Origin: Bacteroidales bacterium
GTDB lineage: Bacteria; Bacteroidota; Bacteroidia; Bacteroidales; G3-4614
Direction: 5' to 3'
Length of the DNA stretch: 64,000 bases
Assembly: GCA_036656055.1 (NCBI GenBank)
Contig: JAVVOY010000002.1
Location: 6,689-70,688, forward strand
The position numbers and the translations under genes are program-made. Positions within the stretch are counted from its first letter, which is position 1. Each line of letters starts with the position of its first letter. Shown here piece after piece: positions 1 through 9,410 of this stretch. The notes under the pieces were generated by a model. That model saw only the letters and a program-made list of their open reading frames with translations. It was not told where the DNA came from and searched no databases.

Positions 1-389
1 AGGTACATGTTTACAAGTGCGGTTGACATTAGCTCTCCTTGAGCAAGTATTACTTTCTCTTCAAATATGGTAAATAGAGATTTTGTCAGAGAGCGCATCA
101 GATCGAAATTGAGCTTAAGTGTCTCTTTGGCATTGCTCTTATATTCTTCTGTTGAAAAAAGGTCTTCAATGACCTGTGTATATTTATTATTTAATTTATT
201 TATGATCTCGTTAGCTCCTTCGGGATTTTTCTTGTAAAGATAATCTGATATTTCTACCAATGTATTAGTTGTTCCTGACATTGCAGAGAGAACAACTATC
301 TTTTGCTGACCGTCGCATATAAGCTTTGCGACATCTTTCATGCGCTGTGCGGAACCTACGGATGTTCCACCGAACTTTAAGACTTTCAT
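1..389 (-). CDS. aspartate kinase, N-terminal fragment (gene continues beyond window start)
   Basis: Absent from the ORF track because it is truncated. The reverse complement of 301-389 translates MKVLKFGGTSVGSAQRMKDVAKLICDGQQK, the canonical aspartokinase N-terminus (KFGGTS). Cannot distinguish monofunctional LysC from bifunctional ThrA. Confidence 0.75.
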   Translation of the reverse strand, partial: MKVLKFGGTSVGSAQRMKDVAKLICDGQQKIVVLSAMSGTTNTLVEISDYLYKKNPEGANEIINKLNNKYTQVIEDLFSTEEYKSNAKETLKLNFDLMRSLTKSLFTIFEEKVILAQGELMSTALVNMY

Positions 390-487
390 ACGTTATTTAT
401 TTCCTTTTTTAAGTTAGAGTTAAATTTTATTTGTTGAGCCGGATATTTATATCAATCTTAATAAACTAAGTCGGGCTCTTTATATAT

Positions 488-1180
488 TTATTCGTTTTTA
501 TTTACAAAAAATGCTTCGTTTAGATGCTTATCTTCAAATTTTATAACGCGTCCGGGGTAATCGTGTATTATATTATGGTTGTGTGTTGTCATTATAACTG
601 AAGTTCCTGTCTGGCAGATATTATGCAGAAGTTCTGCAATTTGGTTGCCGGTTTGAGGATCGAGGTTTCCGGTGGGTTCATCGGCAAGAATTATTTTAGG
701 TGAGTTAAGCAATGCCCGTGCAATTACTACGCGTTGTTGTTCACCACCTGAAAGTTCGTGAGGCATTTTGTATGCTTTATTTTGCATCCCTACCTGTGAA
801 AGTACGTCTGCTACGCGGTCCTCTATATCGTTTTTATCTTTCCATCCGGTTGCTTTGAGTACGAATTCGAGGTTTTCCCTCACCGGACGATCGATAAGCA
901 ACTGAAAATCTTGAAATACGATACCTATTTTTCGCCTTAGCATCGGAATATCGCGTTTGCGTAGCGAAAGCATATCATATTCCATAACTGTGGCTTCTCC
1001 AATTGTTATCGGTATCTCTGCATAGAATGTCTTAAGTAGACTGCTCTTTCCACTTCCAACCCGTCCTATAAAGTATATGAACTCGCCGGTATACAGCTTA
1101 AAATTCACGTCACGGAGAACTGTAAACTCTTTGCGGTCTACTTCTACACCGGAATAATGTATTAACAGATTCTCTTCCAT
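488..1180 (-). CDS. ftsE: cell-division-type ABC transporter ATP-binding protein (FtsE-like)
   Basis: 230 aa. Walker [13 protein letters not shown] signature LSGGEQQR, Walker [12 protein letters not shown]. Size and sequence are typical of FtsE. No FtsX gene is adjacent. Confidence 0.75.
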   Translation of the reverse strand: MEENLLIHYSGVEVDRKEFTVLRDVNFKLYTGEFIYFIGRVGSGKSSLLKTFYAEIPITIGEATVMEYDMLSLRKRDIPMLRRKIGIVFQDFQLLIDRPVRENLEFVLKATGWKDKNDIEDRVADVLSQVGMQNKAYKMPHELSGGEQQRVVIARALLNSPKIILADEPTGNLDPQTGNQIAELLHNICQTGTSVIMTTHNHNIIHDYPGRVIKFEDKHLNEAFFVNKNE

Positions 1181-1194
1181 ATTGTCTCTTTTTA

Positions 1195-1791
1195 TTATTC
1201 TTTGTGCCGTTTTTTTAGCTCACTGGCGAGCTCTTCTATTCTGTGCCCTTTTGCTGTAAGGAGAACTATGAGGTGATATATAAGATCTGACGCTTCATAT
1301 ATCAAACCTTCATCTGTACCATTAGTTGCCTCAATAACGGTTTCAACACCCTCCTCGCCTACTTTCTGTGCCATCCTGTTGATGCCTTTTTTAAATAGTG
1401 AGGTGGTATATGATCCTTCTGGCATCTCATTTTTGCGACGTTCGATGAAATCTTGTAAGTATGATAGAAAAAACAGATCTGTTTCATTCTTTTCTTCAAA
1501 GCAAGTATCGTTTCCTGTATGGCATACAGGTCCTACTGGAGTAACCTTTATCAGTAGAGTATCATTATCGCAGTCCGTAATAATGGTATTTACATTCATG
1601 AAGTTACCACTTGTTTCGCCTTTTGTCCAGAGTCTGTTTTTTGTACGGCTGAAAAATGTCACTTTTCCTGTCTTACGGGTTTTCTCTAATGCTTCTTCGT
1701 TCATAAAACCGAGCATCAGGACTTTCCCTGTACATTTATCTTGTATTATAGCTGGTATAAGACCACCCATCTTGTCAAAATCTAAATTCAT
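1195..1791 (-). CDS. hisIE: bifunctional phosphoribosyl-AMP cyclohydrolase / phosphoribosyl-ATP pyrophosphatase
   Basis: 198 aa. The N-terminal HisI region (GLIPAIIQD, WTKGETSGN, CHTG) is fused to a HisE-like C-terminus. It lies directly downstream of hisF. Confidence 0.9.
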   Translation of the reverse strand: MNLDFDKMGGLIPAIIQDKCTGKVLMLGFMNEEALEKTRKTGKVTFFSRTKNRLWTKGETSGNFMNVNTIITDCDNDTLLIKVTPVGPVCHTGNDTCFEEKNETDLFFLSYLQDFIERRKNEMPEGSYTTSLFKKGINRMAQKVGEEGVETVIEATNGTDEGLIYEASDLIYHLIVLLTAKGHRIEELASELKKRHKE

Positions 1792-1806
1792 ATTATTCTC
1801 TGTTTT

Positions 1807-2562
1807 TTATCTTCTTACACATATATTTTCTTTAGCAAGATACTCTTTAAGTTCTTGTATCTTTATCTCTCCGAAGTGGAAGACACTTGCGGCAAGTGCT
1901 GCATCGGCATGCCCTATTTCAAAGGCATCTTTGAAATCTTCTAACTTACCTGCGCCTCCTGATGCGATAACAGGTATATTTAGCGTATCGCTTAGGGTGC
2001 GTAAGGCTTTATTGGGGTAACCTATTTTCATGCCGTCATGCGTCATACTTGTAAACAGAATTTCTCCTGCTCCGCGATCTTCGGCCTCTTTTGCCCACGA
2101 GAATAATTCCATATCGGTAGGTATGTGACCTCCGTTTATATAGCATTTCCAGATATCATTTTCAAAATTTGCATCTATTGCTACAACACATACCTGTGAT
2201 CCGAAATGCTTTGAGATTTCATTTATTATGTCTGGGCGTTTAAGTGCAAGCGAATTTATCGAAACTTTATCTGCTCCGGCGCTTAATAGTCTGTCTACAT
2301 CGGCAAGCTCTGTTATGCCACCACCTACGGTGAAGGGGATATTTACATTTTCTGCTACCCGTTTTACAACATCGGTAAATGTGCGACGTCCTTCGTATGA
2401 TGCGGTTATGTCAAGAAATACAAGCTCATCTGCACCTTGTTCACTGTACTGTTTGCCGAGTTCCACAGGATCTCCTGCATCTCTGAAGTTTACGAAATTA
2501 ACACCTTTGACTGTTTTCCCGTCTTTTACATCCAAACATGGTATTATCCTTTTTGCCAGCAT
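1807..2562 (-). CDS. hisF: imidazole glycerol phosphate synthase, cyclase subunit
   Basis: 251 aa. [15 protein letters not shown] start, plus the [12 protein letters not shown] and ASGGAG motifs typical of HisF. Confidence 0.95.
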   Translation of the reverse strand: MLAKRIIPCLDVKDGKTVKGVNFVNFRDAGDPVELGKQYSEQGADELVFLDITASYEGRRTFTDVVKRVAENVNIPFTVGGGITELADVDRLLSAGADKVSINSLALKRPDIINEISKHFGSQVCVVAIDANFENDIWKCYINGGHIPTDMELFSWAKEAEDRGAGEILFTSMTHDGMKIGYPNKALRTLSDTLNIPVIASGGAGKLEDFKDAFEIGHADAALAASVFHFGEIKIQELKEYLAKENICVRR

Positions 2563-2565
2563 ATA

Positions 2566-3297
2566 TTATTCGTTTACTATTATATATTTTTCGAGTTCTG
2601 CCATTGTTATTTTACCTTCGTATATTGCTTTGCCGAAAATTACGGCAGGAATTCCTTTTGCCGCAAGTGTCTTTATGTCATTTAATGAGGATACTCCCCC
2701 ACTCGCTATTACATATATTTCCGGTAATTTTTCAATCATTTCGGTGTACATTTCCACTGATGTCCCGGCAAGCATACCGTCTTTACTTATATCTGTGGTT
2801 ATGACTTTACTTATTCCCTCTTTCATGTAGTTCTCAATAAATGGAATGAGTTCAATATCTGAACTCTCCTCCCAACCATTTACTGCTATTTTATTCTCTT
2901 TTACATCGGCTCCGAGAATTATTTTATCTTTACCGTAACGTTCTATCCACGAAATAAATTTTTTACGGTCTTTTACAGCGATGCTTCCTCCTGTTATCAT
3001 AGATGCTCCGCTTTCAAAGGCTATTTTAAGGTCTTCATCGCTTTTAAGTCCGCCTCCGAAATCTATTATAAGTGACGTTTTTGCGGCTATTTTCTCAACT
3101 ATTTTATAGTTTACTATATGTTTGCTTCTGGCTCCATCAAGGTCTACTATGTGAATGCGCTTCATTCCGCTGGCTTCAAACATCTTTGCAATCTCATCTG
3201 GTTTAGACGAATATATTGTCTTTTGTGCGTAATCTCCTTGTGTAAGCCTTACGCATTTACCATCTATTATGTCTATTGCAGGGATAAGCTCAATCAT
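2566..3297 (-). CDS. hisA: 1-(5-phosphoribosyl)-5-[(5-phosphoribosylamino)methylideneamino]imidazole-4-carboxamide isomerase
   Basis: 243 aa. [19 protein letters not shown] start characteristic of HisA. Located between hisH and hisF. Confidence 0.93.
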   Translation of the reverse strand: MIELIPAIDIIDGKCVRLTQGDYAQKTIYSSKPDEIAKMFEASGMKRIHIVDLDGARSKHIVNYKIVEKIAAKTSLIIDFGGGLKSDEDLKIAFESGASMITGGSIAVKDRKKFISWIERYGKDKIILGADVKENKIAVNGWEESSDIELIPFIENYMKEGISKVITTDISKDGMLAGTSVEMYTEMIEKLPEIYVIASGGVSSLNDIKTLAAKGIPAVIFGKAIYEGKITMAELEKYIIVNE

Positions 3298-3317
3298 CAG
3301 TTATAATAATAATTTTT

Positions 3318-3908
3318 TCAGAGTTTTAGAAAATTGTTTAATATCTCTTCTCCTACACTGCCACTTTTCTCTATATGAAACTGGGTGGCGTAAAAGTTGT
3401 CTTTTTTTAGTGCGGCACTGAAAGGCTGTATATAATCAGCTTTTGCTGCTGTTAATTCGCATACTGGAACATAGTAGCTATGTACAAAATAAACGAATTT
3501 TCTGTTCAATGATATACCGAATATACTTTTATCGGTATCGTATATGTTATTCCATCCCATGTGCGGAACTTTGTCGCTGTGACGGTGTGGAACGAATTTT
3601 TTTACGTCCGAATCAAAAATGCCGAGACAATCAGTATTACCTTCTTCTGAATGGCGACACATTAACTGCATACCGATACAAATTCCAAGAACAGGCTGTC
3701 GTAAGTCCTTTATAAGCCTATCTAAACCCTCTTTATGTAGATGGCGCATTGTTGTGCCGGCTTCTCCAACTCCCGGAAAAATAACTTTATCGGCCGACAT
3801 TATTGTCTCTTTATCGTCAGTAATTACAGCTTCTACTCCAACGCGTTTCATTGCGCAATATACTGAAAATATATTTCCTGCATTATATTTTATAATCGCA
3901 ACTTTCAT
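3318..3908 (-). CDS. hisH: imidazole glycerol phosphate synthase, glutamine amidotransferase subunit
   Basis: 196 aa. Class I GATase with GICIGMQ catalytic Cys motif and HSY near the C-terminus. Operon context with hisA and hisF. Confidence 0.93.
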   Translation of the reverse strand: MKVAIIKYNAGNIFSVYCAMKRVGVEAVITDDKETIMSADKVIFPGVGEAGTTMRHLHKEGLDRLIKDLRQPVLGICIGMQLMCRHSEEGNTDCLGIFDSDVKKFVPHRHSDKVPHMGWNNIYDTDKSIFGISLNRKFVYFVHSYYVPVCELTAAKADYIQPFSAALKKDNFYATQFHIEKSGSVGEEILNNFLKL

Positions 3909-3941
3909 TTATGTAATGAAAAATAATTGTTTAAACATTAC

Positions 3942-4817
3942 TTAATTGAATACGATTGATTTATTCTTATAAACGAGAATTTTGCGTTCGATATGCTTTT
4001 CTACTGCTCTTGAAAGAACAATTTTTTCCAAATCGCGCCCTTTATGGATAATATTCTCTATTGTATCTTTATGTGAGATACGTACTATATCCTGCCCTAT
4101 AATTGGACCTGCATCAAGATCGCTTGTTACGTAGTGGCTAGTTGCTCCAATGAGTTTTACTCCGCGCTCAAAAGCTGCATGATATGGTTTTGCGCCAACA
4201 AAGGCAGGTAGAAATGAGTGGTGAATATTTATAATTTTGTTAGGGTACTCTCGTATGAAGTCTTCAGAGATGACCTGCATATAACGCGCAAGGACAATAA
4301 ATGTTATCCCATTTTCTTTCAGTAGTTTAAGTTCTGCTTTCTCTTGCTCTGCTTTGTTGTCTTTGTTTATCTGAAATAGGGCAAAGTCTATATCAAATCT
4401 TTTTGCCACGCTTTCCATATCTGGATGGTTGCTTATTATTAGCGGTATGTCCACATCCCATTCTCCTGCGGTGTAACGTGCCAGAAGATCATAGAGGCAG
4501 TGTGACATTTTAGATACAAATATAGCCATTTTGGGTTTTTGTCCACTGAAATACAACTTAAAATCCATATTGTATTTCTGCCCATATAGTGTCTCAAAAT
4601 AGTCCTCTATTTTGTTTTGTGGAATTATAAAGTGCTCAAGGTCCCACTCTAGACGCATAAAAAATATTTTATTGTCCCTGTCTACATACTGGTCTAAGTA
4701 TAGGATATTGCCACCGTTTACATTGATAAAATCAGTCATTACCGCCAAAATACCCGGTTGGTCTGGGCAATGCATCAATAATATGGCGTTTCTCCCTTTT
4801 TGCTCTTTCTCTTGCAT
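3942..4817 (-). CDS. purU: formyltetrahydrofolate deformylase
   Basis: 291 aa. N-terminal ACT-like region (ILLMHCPDQPGI) followed by a formyltransferase domain (INIHHSFLPAF, ATSHYVT..LDAGPII). Confidence 0.9.
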   Translation of the reverse strand: MQEKEQKGRNAILLMHCPDQPGILAVMTDFINVNGGNILYLDQYVDRDNKIFFMRLEWDLEHFIIPQNKIEDYFETLYGQKYNMDFKLYFSGQKPKMAIFVSKMSHCLYDLLARYTAGEWDVDIPLIISNHPDMESVAKRFDIDFALFQINKDNKAEQEKAELKLLKENGITFIVLARYMQVISEDFIREYPNKIINIHHSFLPAFVGAKPYHAAFERGVKLIGATSHYVTSDLDAGPIIGQDIVRISHKDTIENIIHKGRDLEKIVLSRAVEKHIERKILVYKNKSIVFN

Positions 4818-4990
4818 ACAGATATACGTTTTGAGAGTGCGAAGATACTAAAATAAATACAAAATGGCTGTCTGTTTACAGAGTAAAATGTATTTAAGAA
4901 AGATCGTTAATTTATATCGACTGTAATTTTTACAAAATAGGGGCATTTGGTGCTCATCTGTCTTGGACAGGTGATTAAATTAATTTTGTT

Positions 4991-5848
4991 TTAGTGTGTG
5001 GCCTTTATGTATTTTACTGATGCCCATTCTCCATCGGTTTTTGTCTTTGCTTTTGCGAATCCCGTATTTGAGGCTGCCGCTGATAGTATATTAATATCGC
5101 TTTCATAAAATCCGCTCACGTAAAGTACTCCTCCGGGATTTACTGCCTCTGAATAGATTTCCATATCTGAAATGAGAATGTTTCGGTTTATATTGGCCAG
5201 AATTATATCGAATTTATTTGATTCTATTGCTTCGGCTCCCCCATGGCGCAGATATATGTTGCTGATATGGTTGAGCCTTGTATTTTCTATTGCATTTTTA
5301 TAGGCACGTTCGTCAATATCTATTGCTGTTACTTTTGCTGCGCCACATTTTGATGCAAGTATGGCAAGTATGCCTGTTCCGCACCCCATGTCGAGAACTG
5401 TTTTATTTTGAATATTTTCGCTGAGAACCCATTCTGCCATCATGATAGTTGTTTGATGATGACCACTTCCGAAAGCCATTTTTGGGGCTATAAGAATCTC
5501 ATGTTTAGCATATTCATCTATTATGTGCTTAGGAGAGTGTATTATGCACTCTTTGCCTATGGATATAGGGGTAAAGTTCTCTTCAACCCACCGACTGTTC
5601 CAATCTTCGTCTTTGATAAATATATTATTGTAGGTAACTGTACATCCTTTTATAGGGAGAGATTTTATTGCCTCTTTTACATTCCAATCAGAATACATGC
5701 TCTTTTGTATATAGCATTTTATCCCGTTTTCTGTCTCAATAAAAGATTCATAACCACTATCGGCTAAGATTGCTGATAGAATATCTGCTGCATCGGGATT
5801 GTGCGGTGCTATATATAGTTCTGTTTCTATATATCCACTCATAATCAA
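4991..5848 (-). CDS. prmA: 50S ribosomal protein L11 methyltransferase
   Basis: 285 aa. PrmA-type layout with a C-terminal SAM-binding motif VLDMGCGTGILAI and the preceding FGSGHHQTT motif. Confidence 0.85.
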   Translation of the reverse strand: MIMSGYIETELYIAPHNPDAADILSAILADSGYESFIETENGIKCYIQKSMYSDWNVKEAIKSLPIKGCTVTYNNIFIKDEDWNSRWVEENFTPISIGKECIIHSPKHIIDEYAKHEILIAPKMAFGSGHHQTTIMMAEWVLSENIQNKTVLDMGCGTGILAILASKCGAAKVTAIDIDERAYKNAIENTRLNHISNIYLRHGGAEAIESNKFDIILANINRNILISDMEIYSEAVNPGGVLYVSGFYESDINILSAAASNTGFAKAKTKTDGEWASVKYIKATH

Positions 5849-5891
5849 GACTGTTTAAAATTACTATCTATTTTATGTGGTCATTAATGAC

Positions 5892-6641
5892 TTAACTCGC
5901 CATCTTTTTAAGGAGGTTAGGGTAACGGTTATCTCTTATTTGTGAATAGTCAGGGTAGATATTTAATATCTTAAGATAGAGTTTCTTTGCATTCTCATAA
6001 TTACCCTGCTTTTCTTCTACTATTCCTGTCGTTACAAGTAGTTGTAGATACATCCAATTGTCTTTCCGTAATGTTTCATTTTCCTCAAACATATTAAGCG
6101 CTTTATAATATTGCTTTAAAGCCATATTGGAATCTCCACCAAACATATTGGGCATATAAAAGAAAATATTTGCTGTAAGTATGTTGATTACGGGATCATT
6201 TGGCGATTTGGCTATGGCATTTCTTGTATTGTGCATCATTCCCCTTGCTAATGTTGTAGCTTTAAGTGGCGCAATTGCTATTTGGTAGCCTGTTATATTT
6301 GCGCTATACCCCATAAGTAATGTGTTGTGTGGATATTTTGCGGATAATCCTGTTATGAGTTTTTGTGCCTTTTTTATTTCAATCGTGGCGGCATCTTTAT
6401 TTTTAATATCTAACAGATGTCCTATATATCCGTAGTAGTAACCCAAAAGTTCTATTTTGGATATGTCGCTCTGTTTTTCCGGGTCATTTTCCATTTTATC
6501 TATTATAACTCCCCATTGTCTCACTTTCCCGTCAATGAACAACCTATATGTAGTTGCTTTGTAGTCTATCCTTTGTGCCATAGTATCAGTAGCAATGCAA
6601 CATGCAAGAAAGATTGATAGTATTGTTGCTAATTTCCTCAT
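5892..6641 (-). CDS. hypothetical secreted protein, TPR-like C-terminus
   Basis: 249 aa. N-terminal signal peptide (MRKLATILSIFLACCIATDTMAQ). The C-terminal helical region (GNYENAKKLYLKILNIYPDY) resembles a TPR unit. No family recognised. Confidence 0.6.
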   Translation of the reverse strand: MRKLATILSIFLACCIATDTMAQRIDYKATTYRLFIDGKVRQWGVIIDKMENDPEKQSDISKIELLGYYYGYIGHLLDIKNKDAATIEIKKAQKLITGLSAKYPHNTLLMGYSANITGYQIAIAPLKATTLARGMMHNTRNAIAKSPNDPVINILTANIFFYMPNMFGGDSNMALKQYYKALNMFEENETLRKDNWMYLQLLVTTGIVEEKQGNYENAKKLYLKILNIYPDYSQIRDNRYPNLLKKMAS

Positions 6642-6923
6642 TATTATTGATTTGCATTTTGGCGTAAATATAATTTATGCCTGTTTTTTTTAACCGGCAC
6701 AAAGGTATTAAATTTATTTATATGTGATGTCTTAAATGATATTAAGAAACTACCCCTATTTTCTTTTGTAGTGATTATTAATGAAGGGTAATAGTTTTTA
6801 GCAGTAGGGCATGAAATAATTTTACCAAATTATTCTTTGCGTAGATAATTAAATATGGTTATGAAAGGAGTAAAATGAAATTAAAGAGGTTTTTAAAGTT
6901 GTGTTCAGTAATTACCTTTTTTC

Positions 6924-7148
6924 TTATTTAATTTTTGAAAATAATTTTACAATGTTGCGTCCCCATTTGAATCCCTCTATAAAGGTTACAATCAATGTGG
7001 CTTTTGAAAATAGTTCTCCAAAAGGATTTTTTATTTCATCAGGAATCAACCCGTTGAATTTTGCAATTAATGATCGCTGGCTTTCGTTGACTTCCTTCCG
7101 TAGTGTGTTTCTCTTCTCTTCAAGAGATTTCAGAGTTATGTTTTCCAT
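6924..7148 (-). CDS. small hypothetical protein (third gene of the YtxH/holin-like triad)
   Basis: The ORF track gives 6924..7238. An internal ATG at 7146-7148 (MENITLKSLEEKRNTLRKEV...) lies 8 nt after the upstream gene's stop (7157-7159). That gives a non-overlapping 74-aa product with a coiled-coil-like N-terminus and an amphipathic C-terminus. Confidence 0.5.
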   Translation of the reverse strand: MENITLKSLEEKRNTLRKEVNESQRSLIAKFNGLIPDEIKNPFGELFSKATLIVTFIEGFKWGRNIVKLFSKIK

Positions 7149-7156
7149 GATATCTC

Positions 7157-7495
7157 TTATGTTTTTATTACTTTGTATATAAAGCGTGCCAATGGATTTA
7201 CTATAAGTGTATTTCTGAATATAAATATCAGAATCCATACTGCTGTGTATGATCCTCCTCCTATTATAAATGCCATTGATCGCCCAGTGTACGGCTCTAA
7301 AGCGGATACTGCGGCAAGCATCATGAATAGGAGTGTCCCCATAACTACTATCAATCCTGAAAGCAACAGAATGAAAGCAGCGGCAAAACGTGTTGTTTTA
7401 ACCGTTACTTCCATTGTGAGCAACTCTTTACGAAGATGGAGATACTCTTTTATCTCTTCCGACACACCTTCTCCGGATATATTGCCATCCTTCAT
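7157..7495 (-). CDS. small two-TM membrane protein (holin-X / phage-holin-family-like)
   Basis: 112 aa. A charged N-terminus is followed by two hydrophobic helices (FAAAFILLLSGLIVVMGTLLFMMLAAV and FIIGGGSYTAVWILIFIF). Its start is 1 nt after the YtxH-like gene's stop. Confidence 0.6.
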   Translation of the reverse strand: MKDGNISGEGVSEEIKEYLHLRKELLTMEVTVKTTRFAAAFILLLSGLIVVMGTLLFMMLAAVSALEPYTGRSMAFIIGGGSYTAVWILIFIFRNTLIVNPLARFIYKVIKT

Positions 7496-7496
7496 T

Positions 7497-7709
7497 TTAT
7501 ACGTCTTCTTTGCAGCCTTTTATTTTGCTTTCTATCTTTGATGTAAGTTCGTCAATCTGTTCGTGATTGAGATTTACACCGTGTTTTCTCATGAAATCTG
7601 CAACGCATGCGCGAGTGTCTGACCCTTTTGCCGGAGCAAATAACAAACCTATTGCGGCACCTGCAGCGGCACCTCCGATAAATGCTGTGATTAATGATAA
7701 TGCTTTCAT
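7497..7709 (-). CDS. YtxH domain-containing protein
   Basis: 70 aa. N-terminus MKALSLITAFIGGAAAGAAIGLLFAPAKGSDTR is the typical YtxH signature (Gly/Ala-rich helix followed by LFAP.KG..TR). Confidence 0.7.
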   Translation of the reverse strand: MKALSLITAFIGGAAAGAAIGLLFAPAKGSDTRACVADFMRKHGVNLNHEQIDELTSKIESKIKGCKEDV

Positions 7710-7890
7710 AATTTTGTAGTGTTAATGTTTGACATAAAATATAACAACGGAACTATTGTAATGTTTTTTTTAAATAGACCTAAATAAAGTTTGTCAATAA
7801 GAATTAAACCAACTATTATAGTTGCCTGAACGGAACAAATATAGTAAAAGTCTGACACATATCCAAAATTTAATTCTTATTTATTGCAAA

Positions 7891-9159
7891 TTAATTGGTT
7901 TGTGTATTTTTTATCAGATCTTGCACTAAGCTCCATAGTTGCATGTAACGAAGAATAAACTCTATTCCTGCAGCAGAGTGCCCCTTCATTGTGAGATCTA
8001 TCAGCGTAGAGTTGCTCCATTTTTTATTAGCAGCGACAGCGTTGCTATAAGGTACAAAGTCATCGAGACGGCTGTGATAAAGGTTAACCGGTGTTGCCGG
8101 GGTATTATAGTTTGTCAGGGAATTTTTATTAAGGGCTGATATCAACTTTAAAACATCAATATTTCTGTTGAATGTTGGAGGGGCAAAAAAATCGGAGTTA
8201 ATAACATTACGAATATTCCTCCCCATTGGCACGTGCCACTCCGAGAGCGGTTTGGTAGCGAGCATAACGGTAAATCCATTTTTTATAAATTCGGGAGCAT
8301 AGATATTTTTATCGTTTAAAGTAATCTGTTCACCATAGCTAATACCCCTGATAATAAAAGGGATGTACCCAATCCGTGGATACTCGTCCATACCACCGTT
8401 TATAAACGATTGCATGGTCCCTACCAAATCATAAGCTCCTCCTCCGGCGTGTACCTCCCTTATACGTGAAGATTGCCCTCGTGCTTCTATTTCAAACAGA
8501 GTAGCCATTGTGGAAGTACCTCCCTGCGAATAACCTATCAGATCTATTTTATCGTTCATCTCTCTTATCCCTTTTTCATGCAGATACTCGCGCGTGGCTT
8601 CGATCATATCGGCACACACAATACCGGTAGATTTTACGTGTAGGTATGGGTGTTGCCTATCCGGTGTCTGGCTAACACCATAACCCAGATAGTCTGCCAT
8701 AACAACAATATGGTTGCCAATAACCGGAACCATCTCATAATAGAACAGTTTGTGCGAGGGAGCCTCTTCTATATCAAGAGTGCCATGTTGGATACTCAGA
8801 AGATGGTCGTAAGAAGTTACCCCTGCCGGTATCGCAACAACGCCAGATGCTATTACTGATTTGCCGTCTACACCTTTTGTTATATAAGTAATGACTGACA
8901 CGTCAATGTCTTTGTTAATAAAAGCCGCAAGAGGGGAAGAGGCTATATTCAATTCAGGCAGGTAGTTATCCAGATTAGCAATAATCTCTGCTTTGGAAAT
9001 ATGCCTTTCCACAGAAACACCGCTCAAGTATTTATTACCGGTAGGCAGTTTAATATCTTCGCCTATATAACCTGAATTCTCGTTATTGCACGAAGTAAAG
9101 CCTGCTACAAAGGCTAACAGAACAAGAATATATATATTATGTGTAAAAATATGTTTCAT
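7891..9159 (-). CDS. alpha/beta hydrolase lipoprotein (lipase-like)
   Basis: 422 aa. Lipoprotein signal (LLAFVAGFTSC) and nucleophile elbow GYSQGG. Overall resemblance to secreted lipase / alpha-beta hydrolases. Substrate unknown. Confidence 0.65.
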   Translation of the reverse strand: MKHIFTHNIYILVLLAFVAGFTSCNNENSGYIGEDIKLPTGNKYLSGVSVERHISKAEIIANLDNYLPELNIASSPLAAFINKDIDVSVITYITKGVDGKSVIASGVVAIPAGVTSYDHLLSIQHGTLDIEEAPSHKLFYYEMVPVIGNHIVVMADYLGYGVSQTPDRQHPYLHVKSTGIVCADMIEATREYLHEKGIREMNDKIDLIGYSQGGTSTMATLFEIEARGQSSRIREVHAGGGAYDLVGTMQSFINGGMDEYPRIGYIPFIIRGISYGEQITLNDKNIYAPEFIKNGFTVMLATKPLSEWHVPMGRNIRNVINSDFFAPPTFNRNIDVLKLISALNKNSLTNYNTPATPVNLYHSRLDDFVPYSNAVAANKKWSNSTLIDLTMKGHSAAGIEFILRYMQLWSLVQDLIKNTQTN

Positions 9160-9317
9160 TTATAATTAATATTGCTATTGAAAGTCGCAAATATACAAAA
9201 TAATATGTTAGAACAGCGGGGTGGATAAAGTTATATAACAAGGCATAGTAGCATACTCTAATAGTATGAAATATTAGTTGTAGGCTTATTGCATAGTTAA
9301 GTTTAAATTTTAATTGC

Positions 9318-9325
9318 TATCTTTG
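9318..9325 (+). promoter_or_regulatory. Bacteroides-type -7 promoter box (TATCTTTG) upstream of uvrA
   Basis: Matches the TAnnTTTG consensus of Bacteroidetes sigma-A promoters. It sits 86 nt upstream of the uvrA ATG. Confidence 0.45.
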
Positions 9326-9410
9326 CTTAGATAAACTAAATGCGAAAAAGAGTGGCTATTCAGAGCATGGCCGAGACAACAGCATCCATTAATCTATCGA
9401 CAGTAAATAC

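Noticed and set aside
390-487. Possible lysine or other amino-acid riboswitch upstream of the aspartokinase gene.
   Set aside because: The intergenic space is only 98 nt, too short for a lysine riboswitch, and shows no conserved aptamer motifs. It contains only a weak hairpin that may terminate ftsE.
1379-2830. Long plus-strand ORFs (1379..2020, 2228..2830, 2437..2685, 2538..2804) overlapping hisIE, hisF and hisA.
   Set aside because: They lie antisense to genes with unambiguous protein-family motifs. Their translations are low-complexity and Ser/Phe/Leu-rich, with no recognisable domains. They are typical shadow ORFs.
9318-9340. A 19-mer shared with two mismatches between the uvrA leader (TTTGCTTAGATAAACTAAA, 9322-9340) and the thi leader (CTTGCTAAGATAAACTAAA, 46119-46137). 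A related CTTAATAAACTAAG occurs at about 457-470.
   Set aside because: The core ATAAACTAA is a low-complexity AT-rich 9-mer expected about twice by chance in this window. The genes involved are functionally unrelated. Without genome-wide enrichment data this is not supportable as a motif.
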